Positions 52,801-64,000 of a DNA stretch of 64,000 bases are shown one piece after another. The notes beneath the pieces were generated by a model, which searched no databases, was not told where the DNA came from, and saw nothing but the letters and a program-made list of their open reading frames with translations. The position numbers were made by a program, and so were the translations under genes. The DNA is taken from the NCBI GenBank assembly GCA_043228905.1, contig JBHGNT010000058.1, forward strand, positions 1 to 64,000, read 5' to 3'. The number at the start of each line of letters is the position of its first letter. Within the stretch, counting starts at the first letter, position 1. This stretch comes from Azolla caroliniana (lineage: Eukaryota; Plantae; Polypodiophyta).

Positions 52801-55800
52801 TCGGGACAACAAGAAAAAGTATATTTAGTTGTGGTTATTCCTCAACATTGTTACGATAAATTAGTACACCAAGATTTATATTTTAGATAACTTGATCCAA
52901 TTTCAAACAATACACTTAGATTGCATAATAATGTTCAACTATCGACAAGCATTGCACCATTATTTTTTATTTGGAGCATGGCAGTAGAATAGTGCATTAA
53001 CTAACTCATTTACTAAATCAATTCCTATGTAATCGAGATGCCTGGAATCGTTGATTTTTACCCGAGACACGTGGGTACAAGTATAGGAATAGGAAAAACT
53101 AGATACAGCATAGCTCATGAGCTAATTTGGCATCGATAAAAACCGGTGAGCTTATTAAATCTTAAAAACGAGAGTGTGTTACAATAATCCTCTGTTACTT
53201 GTTGATGCTTGCGCAACATATAAATATTATTTATCACTAATCAATGATTGCAATATTAAAAAGTGTACCAGATGTGATCCATGGAAGTCTAGTTGGTTAG
53301 AATACTCGGCTCTCACCCGAGAGACACGGGTTTAACTCCCGGCAATGAAAACGACAATATCATATATTAAATTTCCAAGGCATATCTTGTGTTAACTGTT
53401 TGATAACTCAAAAACTCAAGACCTCAAGTAGATGTTACAATAATGTACAATTAACAAAATAATCAATATTATGTTTGGAGGATTGATGACGAACATTGCT
53501 TTCTTTTTATTCTCCTAACATCAATTTCTAAACTTAATCCATTATTCAATTAATAGTAGAGGTTTCAAAGAAATTTGACAAAATATTATTATGTTCGGGA
53601 CAAGAAGAAGCAATATATTTAGTTGTGGTTATTTCTCAACATTATCATGGTGAATTCTCGATGAGCATTGCACAATGTTTCTTGATTTGAAGTAATGCAC
53701 TAGACTATTATATTAACTAATTCATTTACTAAAAGAATTCCAGTATAGTCTAGTTTGTTCGGATCCTTCTTTTTTAGAGGAGACTCCCGGGTACAACAAT
53801 TGGCATGGGAAAAACTAAGTCATTTACTAAATGAACACCATTGTAATCAAGTTGCCTCAAATCCTTGCTTTTTACCTGAGACACCCGGGTACAAGTAGAT
53901 ATATCCTATATCATGAGTTAATATGGCATTGATAAAAACCCTTGAAATTATTAAATCTTAAAAACGAGAGTGTGTTAGAATAATCCTCAGTTTTTTGTTG
54001 ATGCTTGCGCAATATATAAATATTATTTATTTCTAATCAATGATAGCAAGATTAAAAAGCACACAAGATGTGATCCACGATAGTCTAGTTGGCTAGAATA
54101 CATGACTCTGACCCGAGAGACCCGGGTTCAACTCTCAGGAATAGAAAGGACCATATCATATATTACATTTCCAACGCATATCATGTGTTATCTGTTTGAT
54201 AACTGAATAACTCAAGACCTAAAGTAGGTGTTACAATAATGTACAATTAACAAAATAATCAATATTATGTTTGAAGGATTGATAAGGAACTTTACTTTGA
54301 TTTTTTTCTCCTAACATCAATTTCTAAACTTAATTCCATTATTCGATTAATGGTAGAGGTTTCGAATGAAATTGGACAAAATAATATGTTGTTCGGGACA
54401 ACAAGAAGAAGCATATTTAGTTGTGGTTATTCCTCAACATTGTTACGATAAATTAGTACACTAACAATTATAGTTTAGATAACTTGATCCAATTTCAAAC
54501 AATATACATAGATTAAGAATAATGTTCAACTGTCGACAAGCATTGCACCATTTTTTTTTATTTGGAGCATGGCACTAGAATAGTGCATTAACTAACTCAT
54601 TTACTAAATCAATTCCTATGTAATCGAGATGCCTGGAATCGTTGATTTTTACCCGAGACACGTGGGTACAAGTACAGGAATAGGAAAAACTAGATACATC
54701 ATAGCTCATGAGTTAATTTTTCATCGACAAAAACCGGTGAACTTATTAAATCTTAAAAAGCAGAGTGTATTAGAATAATCCTCTGTTACTTGTTGATGCT
54801 TGGGCAACATATAAATAGTATTTATCACTAATCAATGATTGCAATATTAAAAAGTGTACCAGATGTGATCCATGGAAGTCTAGTTGGTTAGAATACTCGG
54901 CTCTCACTCGAGAGAGTCGGGTTTAACTCCCGGCAATGAAAACGACAATATCATATATTAAATTTCCGAGGCATATCTTGTGTTAGCTGTTTGATAACTG
55001 AAAAACTCAAGACCTAAAGAAGATGTTACAATAATATACAATTAACAAAATAATCAATATTATGTTTGAAGGATTGATGACGAAGTTTGCTTTCATTTTT
55101 TTCTCCTAACATCAATTTCTAAACTTAATCCCATTATTCAATTCATAGTAGAGGTTTGAAATGAAATTTGACAAAATATTATGTTGTTCGGGACAAGAAG
55201 AAGCTATATATTGAATTGTGGTTATTTCTCAACATGGTTACAACAAATTAGTACACCGATGATTATAGTTTGGATAACATGATAGAATTTCTAAAAATAC
55301 GCGTAGATTGTATAATAATGGTGAACTCTTGATCAGCATTGCACCATATTTCTTTATTTGATGCAAAGCACTAGAATATTACATTAACTAATTCATTTAC
55401 TAAATAAATTCCATTGTTGTCTAGTTGGTTCGGATCCTTGTTTTTTTACGCATAGATTGCAGAATAATGGTTAACTATCGAGAGACCCAGGTTCAACTCC
55501 CACCAATAGAAAAGACAATATCATATATCATGTTTTGCGACGCATGTCATGTGTTAAGTGTTCGATAACTGAAAAACTAAAGACCTAAACTAGTTGTTAC
55601 AATAATGTACAATTAGCAAAATAATCAATATTATGTTTGAAGGATTGATAAAGAACTATACTTTGATTTTTTTCTCCAAACACTAATTTCTAAACTTAAT
55701 CCCATTATTCAATTAAAAGTAGAGGTGTCAAATGAAATTTGACATAACATTATGTATTTCGGGAGAAGATAAATCAATATATTTAGTTGTGGTTATTCCA

Positions 55801-57178
55801 CAACATCGTTACGACAAATTAATACACCGACAATTATAGTTTGGGTAGCTTGATACAATTTCCAAAAATATGCATAGATTGTAGAATTATAGTGAACTCT
55901 CGATGGTCATTGCACCATGTTTCTTTATTTGAAGCAAGGCACTAGAATATTACATTAACTAATTCATTTACTGAATGAATTGCATTGTAGTCTAGTGAGA
56001 CTCGCGGGTACATGAATAGGCATTGGGAGAACTATATACATCATAGATCATGAGGTACTATGGCATTGATAAAAACCCTTGAAATTATTAAATCTTAACA
56101 ACGAGAGTGTGTTAGAATAATCCTCTGTTTCTCGTTGATGCTTGTGAAATATATAAATATTATTTATTACTACTCAATGATTGCAATATTAAAAAGTGCA
56201 AAAGATGTGATCCATTATAGTCTAGTTGGTTAGGATACTGGGCTCTCACACGAGAAACCCGTGTTCAACTCCCGGGAATATAAAGGACAATATCATATAT
56301 CAAATTTTAGACGCTTGTCATGTGTTAACTGTTTGATAACTCAAAAACTAGATACATCATAGATCATGAGTTAATGTGGCATCGAGAAAAACCCTTGAAA
56401 TTATTAAATCTTAAAAACGACAGTGTGTTAGAATAATCCTCAGTTTTTCGTTCATGCTTGCAAAAAATATATATATTATTTTTTTCTAATCAATGATTGC
56501 AATAATAGAAAGCAGAGAAGATGTAATCCATTGTAGTCTAGTTGGTTAGAATACTCCGCTCCTACCGAAGAGAACCGGGTTAAACTCCCGTCAATGGATA
56601 CATCATAGCTCATGAGTTAATTTGGCATCGATAGAAACCCATGAAATTATTAAATCTTAAAAACAAGACTGTGTTAGAATAATCCTGTGTTTCTTGTAGA
56701 TGCTTGCACAATATATAATGTTTTTTTTTCTTCTTCTAACATGAATTTCTAAACTTAATCCCATTATTCAATTAATGGTACACGTTTCAAATGAAATTTG
56801 ACAAAAAATTATGTTGTTCGGGATAACAAGAAGCAGTATATTTAGTTCTGGTTATTACACAACTTTTTTACAACAAATTATGTCTTTATTTCTAACAAAG
56901 GACTAAAATGGTACATTAACAAAGTCATTTAGTAAATGAATACCATTGTAATCAAGTTGCCTCGGATCCTTGCTTTTTACCTGAGATGCCCGGGTACAAG
57001 TAGATATATCCTATATCATGGGTTAATATGGCATCGATAAAAACCCTTGAAATTATTAAATCTTAAAAACGAAAGTGTGTTACAATAATCGTTAGTTTTT
57101 CGTTGATACCTCCGAAATATATAAATATTATTAATTTCTAATCAATGATAGCAAGATTAAAAAGCACACAAGATGTGA

Positions 57179-57251
57179 TCCACGATAGTCTAGTTGGTTA
57201 GGATACTCGGCCCTCACCCGAGAGACCCGGGTTCAACTCCCGGTAATGGAA
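57179..57251 (+). pseudogene. tRNA-Glu(CTC) pseudogene with intact A and B boxes
   Basis: D, anticodon and T stems are perfect (CCGGG-TTCAACT-CCCGG); acceptor 5' strand TCCACGA is mismatched and U33->C. Confidence 0.75.
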
Positions 57252-58849
57252 ATGACAATATCATATATTAAATTTTCGATGCATATCAGGTGTTAACTCT
57301 TTGATAACTCAAAAACTGAAGTCCTAAAGTAGGTGTTACAATAATGTACAATTAACAAAATAATCAATTTTATGTTTCAACGATTGATGACGAACTTTAC
57401 TCTGATTTTCTTCTCCTAACATCAATTTCTAAACTTGATTCCATTATTCGATTAATGGTAGAGGTTTCGAATGAAACTGGACAAAATATTATGTTGTTCG
57501 GGACAACAAGAAGAAGAAAATATTATGTGGTTATTCCTCAACATTATTACGATAAATTAGTACACCAACAATTATAGTTTAGATAACTTCATTCAATTTC
57601 AAACAATACGCATAGATTGCAGAATAATGTTCAACTGTCGACAAGCATGGTACCATTTTTCTTTATTTGTAGCATAGCACTAGAATAGTACATTCACTAA
57701 CACCTTTACTAAATGAATTCCATTGTAATCAAGATGCCTCGAATCGTTGATTTTTACCCGAGACACGTGGGTACAATTACAGGCATAGGAAAAACTAGAT
57801 ACATCATAGCTCATGAGTTACTTTGGCATCGATAAAAACCGGTGAACTTATTAAATCTTAAAAACGAGAGTGTGTTAGAATAATCCTCAGTTTCTCGTTG
57901 ATGCTTGCGCAATACATAAATATTATTTATTACTAATCAATGATCGCAATATTAAAAAGTGCAGCAGATCTGATCCATTGTAGTCTAGTTGGATAGAATA
58001 CTTGACTCTGACCCGAGAGACCCGGGTTCACATCTCGGGAATAGAAAGGACCATATCATATATTACATTTCCGACGCATATCATGTGTTATCTGTTTGAT
58101 AACTGAATAACTCAAGACCTAAAGTATCTGAGTTAATATCGCATCGATGGAAACCGTTGAAATTATTAAATCTTAAAAACGAGAGTGTGTTAGAATAATC
58201 CTCTGTTTCTCGTTGATGCCTGTGCAATATATAAATATTATTTATTACTAATCAGTGATTGCAATATTGAAAAGTACACAAGATATGATCCATTGTAGTC
58301 TAGTTGGTTAGGATACTAGGCTCTCACATGAGATAGCCGGGTTCAACTCCCAACAATGGAAACGACAATATCATATATTAAATTTTTGACTCATATGATG
58401 TTTTAATTGTTTGATAACTCAAAAACGCAAGATTATGTTTGAAGGATTGATGACGAACTTTCCTCCATCAACATTCCAAAAATAGGCATAGCTTGTCGAA
58501 TAATGATTAATTCTCGATTAGCATTGCACCATGTTTGTTTATTTGAATGAAAGCACTTGAATATTACATTAACCAATTCATTTACTAGTTGAATTCCATT
58601 GTAGTCTAGTTCGTTCAGATCCTTGTTTTTTACACAAGACTCCCGGGTACAACAATAGGCATTGGAAAAACTAGATACATCATAGATGATGAGGGAATGT
58701 CGCATCGATAAAAACCGTTGAAATTATTAAATCTTAAAAATGAGAGTGTGTTAGAATAATCCTCAGTTTCTCGTTGATGCTTGCGCAATATATAAATATT
58801 ATTTATTACTAATCTATGATTGCAATATTAAAAACTACACAAGATATGA

Positions 58850-58922
58850 TCCATTGTAGTCTAGTTGGTTAGGATACTCGGCTCTCACCCGAGAGACCCG
58901 GTTTCGACTCTCGGCAATGGAA
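58850..58922 (+). tRNA. Near-intact tRNA-Glu(CTC) copy
   Basis: Perfect acceptor, D and anticodon arms, but G53->T and a C->T change in the T stem (CCGGTTTCGACTCTCGG), so probably non-functional. Confidence 0.55.
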
Positions 58923-61900
58923 ACGACAATATCATATATTGAATTTCCGACGGATATCATGTCTTAACTGTTTGATAACTCAAAAACTCAAGACCTAAAC
59001 TAGCTGTTACAATAATATACAATTAACAAAATAATCAATATTATGTTTGAAGGATTAAAGACGATCTTTAGTTTGATTTTTTTCTCCTAACATCAATTTC
59101 TAAACTTACTCCCATGATTCGATTAATGGTAGAGCTTTCAAATGAAATTGGACAAAACATTATGTTGTTGGAGACAACAAGAAGAAGTATATTTGGTTAT
59201 GGTTATTCGTCAACATTGGTACGACAAATTAGTACACTAACAATTACAGTTGGCATAACTCGATACAATTTCAAACAATACGCATAGAATAAAAAATAAT
59301 GTTCAACTGTCGACAAGTATTGCACCATGTTTTTTTATTTGTAGCAAAGCACTAGAATAGTACATTGACTAATTTATTTTCTAAATGAATTACATTGTAA
59401 TCAAATTGCCTCGAATCGTTAATTTCTACTCGAAACGTGCGGGGACAAGTATAGCCAACTATATCATGAGTTAATGTGGCATCGATAAAAACCCGTGAAA
59501 TTAATAAATCTTAAAAACGAGAGTGTGTTAAAATAATCCTATGTTTCTTGTTGATGCTTGTGCAATATATAAATATTATTTACTACTAATGAATGATTGC
59601 AATATTAAAAAGTGTACAAAATGTGATCCATTAATGTCTAGTTGGTTAGAATACTCGGCTCTCACCCAACAGACCCGTGTTCAACTCTTGGGAATAGAAA
59701 GGACGATAACTTATATACAAGTTTGCGACGATTGTCATGTGTTTGATAACTCAAAAACTGAAGACGTAAAGTATTTACAATAATGTACAATTAACAAAAT
59801 AATCAATATTATGTTTGAAGTATTTATAAAGAACTTGGGTTTGATTTTTTTCTCCTCACATCAATTTCTAAACTTCATCCCAATATTCAATTAATAGTAG
59901 AGGTTTTTGATGAAATTTTACAAAACATTATGTTGTTCGTGACAAAAAGAAGCAGTATATTTACTTGGGGCTATTCCTCAACATCGTTACGACAAATTAG
60001 TACACCAAGCATTATAATTTCGATAACTTGATACAATTTCCAAAAATACGCATCCATTGTCAAATAATGGTGTATTCTCGATGAGCAATGCACCATGTTT
60101 CTTTATTTGAAGCAAAGAACTAGAATATTACATTAACAAATTCATTTACTAAATGAATTCCATTGTAGTCTAGTTGGTTCGCATCCTTGTTTTTTACACG
60201 AGACTCCCGGGTAGAACAATTGGCATGGGAAAACTAGATACATCATAGATCATGAGTTAATATAACATCGATAAAAACCCTTGAAATTATTAAATCTTAA
60301 AAACGAGAGTGTGTTAGAATAATCCTCAGTTTCTAGTTGATGCATGCGCACTATATAAATATTATTTATTACTAATCAATCATTGTAGTACACAAGATAT
60401 GATCCATTGTAGTATAGTCGGTCGACGCAGATCTTGTGTTAACTATTTGATAACTCAAAAACTGAAGGCCTAAAGTAGATGTTATAATAATGTACAATTA
60501 ACAAAATAATCAATATTATGTTTGAAGGATGGATGACGAGCTTTACTTTCATTTTTTCCTCCTAACATCAATTTCTAAACTTCATCCCATTATTCAATTA
60601 ATAGTAGAGGTTTCAAATGAAATTTGACAAAACATTATGTTGTTCGTGACAAGAATAAGTAGTATATTTAGTCGTGGTTATTTTTCAACATGGTTACGAC
60701 AAATTAGTACACAGACAATTATTGTTTGGATAACTGGATAGAATTTCAGTAAATACGCATAGATTGTAGAAGAATGATGAACTCTCGATCAACATTCCAC
60801 CATATTTTTTTATTTGAAACAAAGCACTAGAATATTACATTAACTAATTCATTGACTTATGAATTCCATTGTAGCCTGGTTGGCATTGGCAAAACTAAAC
60901 ACATCCTAGATCATGAGGTAATGTCGCATCGATAAAAACCCTTGAAATTATTAAATCTTAAAAACGAGAGTGTGTTAGAATAATCCTCAGTTTCTCGTTG
61001 TTGCTTGCGCAATATATAAATATTATTTATTCCTAATCAATGATTGCAATATTAAAAAGTACACAAGATGTGATCCATTGTAGTCTAGTTGGTTAGGATA
61101 CTCGGCCATCACCCAAGAGACCTGGGTCCAACCCCCGGCAATGAAAACGACGATATCATATATTAATTTTCCGACTCATATCATGTGTTAACTGTTTGGT
61201 AGCCCAAGACCTAAAGTAGGTTTTACAAGAATCTACAATTAACAAAATAATTGATATTATGTTCGAAGGATTGATAATGAAATTTGCTTTGATTTTTTTC
61301 TCCTAACACCAATTTCTAAACTTAATCACATTTTTGAATTAATAGTAGCGGTTTCAAATGAAATTCGACTAATCATTATGTTTTTCGTGATAGGAAGAAT
61401 TAGTATATTTAGTTGTGGTTACTTCTCAACATTGTTACGAGAAATTAGTACACCAATAATTATAGTATCGATAACTTGTTACAATTTCAAACAATACGCA
61501 TAGATTGCAAAATAATGGTAAACTGTCGACAAGCATTGCACCATGTTTCTTTATTTGTAGGAAAGCACTAGAGTACTACATTAACTAATTCATTAACTCA
61601 ATGAATTCCATTGTAATCAACCTACCTCAAATCATTGATTTTTACTCGAGATGTGCGGGTACAAGCACAGGCATATGAAAAACTAGATACATCATAGATT
61701 ATGAATTATTTTGGCATTGATAAAAACTCGTGAAATTATTAAATCTTAAAAACCAGAGTGTGTTAGAATAATTCTTTGTTTTTCGTTGATGCTTGTGCAA
61801 TATAGAAATAATATTTATTACTAATCAATGATTACAATACTAAAAAGTGCACAAGATGTGATCCAATGTAGTGTAGTTGGTTAGGATACTCGGCTCTCAC

Positions 61901-63209
61901 CCAAGAGACTCGGGTTTAATTCCCAGAAATGGAAATGACAATATCATATATTAAACTTCCGACGCATATCATGTGTTAATTGTTTGATAACTTAGAAACT
62001 CAAGACCTAAACTAGGTGTTACAATAAAGTACAATTAACAAAATAACGTTTGAAGGATTGATGATGAACTTTACTTTGATTTTTTTCTCCTAACATCAAT
62101 TTGTAAACTTAATCCCATTATTCGATTAATTCTAGAGATTTCAAATGAAATTGGACCAAACATTACGTTGTTCGGGACAACAAGAAGCAGTATATTTAGT
62201 TGTGGTTATTACTCAACATTGTTACGATAAATTAGTACACCAATAATTATAGGTTGGATAACTTGATACAATTTCGAACAATACATATCCATTGCAAAAT
62301 AATGGTCAACTGTCGAATAATGGTGAATTCTCGATGAGGATTGCACCATGTTTCTTTATTTGAAGTAAAGCACTAGAATATTATATTAGCTAATTCATTG
62401 TAGTCTAGTTGGTTCAGATCCATGATGTTTACACGAGACTCCCGGGTACAGCAATTGGCATGGGAAAAACTAGATACATCATAGATCATGAGTTAATATC
62501 GCATCGATGGAAACCGTTGAAATTATTAAATATTAAAAACGAGAGTGTCTTAGAGTAATCCTGTGTTTCTCATTGATACTTACGGATTATATAAATATTA
62601 TTTATTACTAATCAATTATTGCAATCTTGAAAAGTACACAAGGTATGATCCATTGTAGTCTAGTTGGTTAGGATACTAGGCTCTCACATGAGATAGCCGG
62701 GTTCAACTCCCAACAATGGAAACGACAATATCATATATTAAATTTCCGACGCATATGATGTTTTAATTGTTTGATAACTCAAAAACTCAAGATTATGTTT
62801 GAAGGATTGATGACGATCTTTCCTCCATCAACATTCCAAAAATACGCATAGATTGTCGAATAATGGTGAATTCTCGATTAGAATTGCACCATGTTTCTTT
62901 ATTTGAACGAAAGCACTTGAATATTACAATAACCAATTCTTTTACTAAATGAATTCCATTGTAGTCTAGTTCGTTCAGATCCTTGTTTTTTACACAAGAC
63001 TCCCGGGTACAACAATAGGCATTGGAAAAACTAGATACATCATAGATGATGAGGTATTGTCGCATCGATAAAAACCGTTGAAATTATTAAATCTTAAAAA
63101 CGAGAGTTTGTTAGAATAATCCTCAGTTTCTCGTTGATGCTTGCGCAATATATAAATATTATTTATTACTAATCTATGATTGCAATATTAAAAACTACAC
63201 AAGATATGA

Positions 63210-63287
63210 TCCATTGTAGTCTAGTTGATTAGGATACTCGGCTCTCACCCGAGAGACCTGGGCCGGGTTCAACTCCCGGCAATGGAA
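63210..63287 (+). pseudogene. tRNA-Glu(CTC) copy with a 5 nt duplication before the T arm
   Basis: ...GAGAGAC-CTGGG-CCGGG-TTCAACTCCCGGCAATGGAA; D-loop GG->GA. Confidence 0.75.
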
Positions 63288-63773
63288 ACGACAATATCAT
63301 ATATTGAATTTCCGATGGATATCATGTGTTAACTATTTGATAACCCAAAAAATGAAGACCTAAACTAGACAATTAACAAAATAATCAATATTATGTTTGA
63401 AGGATTTGATGACGAACATTAGTTTGATTTTTCTCTCCTAACATCAATTTCTAAACTTAATCCCATTATTCGATTCATGGTAGAGGTTTCAAATGAAATT
63501 GGACAAAACATTATGTTGTTCGAGACAACAAGAAGAAGTATATTTGGTTGTGGTTATTCGTCAACATTGGTACGACAAATTAGTACACCAACAATTACAG
63601 TTGGGATAACTCGATACAATTTCACACAATACGCATAGAATACAAAATAATGTTCAACTGTCGACAAGCATTGCACCATGTTTCTTTATTTGTAGCAAAG
63701 CACTAGAATAGTACATTAACTAATTCATTTACTCAATGTATTCCATTGTAATCAAGTTGCTTCGAATCGTTGA

Positions 63774-64000
63774 TTTTTTTTTTTTCCAAAAAAAAAAACT
63801 ACTACCATTAGTTAAGCAATGTACAAAGGATAATTTACAACTCATATCTTATAAGACATCTTGCATGTCGAAGGAAAAGAATATGTGTAGATGAAACAAC
63901 AAAGAAAAAAAACTCCAAAGCACCACATCATTCGATGTGTATAGCATAACTCGAACACATATTCTCCACGTGAGCCTGATACAAGCAGAAGTCAGAATAG
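63774..64000. other. Non-satellite sequence beginning with T12-CC-A11; possibly the 3' tail of a minus-strand retroposed element, or the array boundary
   Basis: The satellite breaks inside a tRNA relic at its T-run; the following 215 bp share no satellite motifs. Confidence 0.35.

Larger units (their letters stand above)
29891..54393 (+). repeat. Tandem segmental duplication, copy B (contains element 2)
   Basis: Starts at the satellite/gag junction ATATGTTGTA|CGGAAATCCG. Matches copy A up to ATAATATGTTGT at 54392, after which the satellite continues as TCGGGACAAC. Confidence 0.95.
387..63773 (+). repeat. tRNA-Glu-derived tandem satellite, monomer ~790-800 bp, many internally deleted or rearranged; interrupted by LTR elements
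   Basis: The same ordered blocks recur in one orientation: tRNA-Glu copy, ~470 bp AT-rich spacer (GATAACTCAAAAACTCAAGACCTAAAGTAG...AATACGCATAGATTG...), tRNA relic, ~180 bp spacer (GATAAAAACCCTTGAAATTATTAAATCTTAAAAACGAGAGTGTGTTAGAATAATCC). tRNA-to-tRNA spacings: 4351->5146 (795), 57179->57974 (795), 61074->61862 (788). Confidence 0.95.

Noticed and set aside
29891-54393. Large duplication as a pure assembly artefact
   Set aside because: The copies differ by scattered SNPs and by a clean TSD-flanked insertion, and the junction has microhomology. An artefact is unlikely, though read support is still needed.
2856-63065. Short 60-101 aa ORFs within the satellite (e.g. 2856-3062, 21828-22133, 58433-58705)
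   Set aside because: Chance frames in repeat monomers; homologous positions in other monomers contain stops and indels; no domain motifs.
387-63773. CRISPR-like reading of the recurring TCCATTGTAGTCTAGTTGGTT motif
   Set aside because: The motif is the tRNA-Glu 5' end; the intervening sequences are long and homologous to each other, not unique spacers; eukaryotic context with no cas genes.

Overview
Eukaryotic, plant-type heterochromatin with no host protein-coding gene. A moss such as Physcomitrium is my inference, from the plant cytosolic tRNA-Glu sequence plus a Tcn1-like chromovirus. About 47 kb (387-63773, interrupted) is an AT-rich, head-to-tail satellite of ~790-800 bp monomers built around tRNA-Glu. 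Each monomer carries one recognisable but mutated tRNA-Glu(CTC/TTC) copy (about 60 by eye) and a second, colinear, more decayed tRNA-Glu relic. The array is interrupted by four things: (i) a probable LTR end at 1-386; (ii) a decayed Tcn1-like Ty3/Gypsy chromovirus (7180-14654, minus strand) with an internal 3 x 1179 bp amplification, a Tf1-like self-priming signature and a tRNA-like A/B-box segment in its LTR; (iii) a 17,482 bp tandem segmental duplication starting inside that element; (iv) a very young chromovirus with an uninterrupted gag-pol ORF (39806-46822), present in only one duplicate. All coordinates and counts were read by eye; no searches were run.
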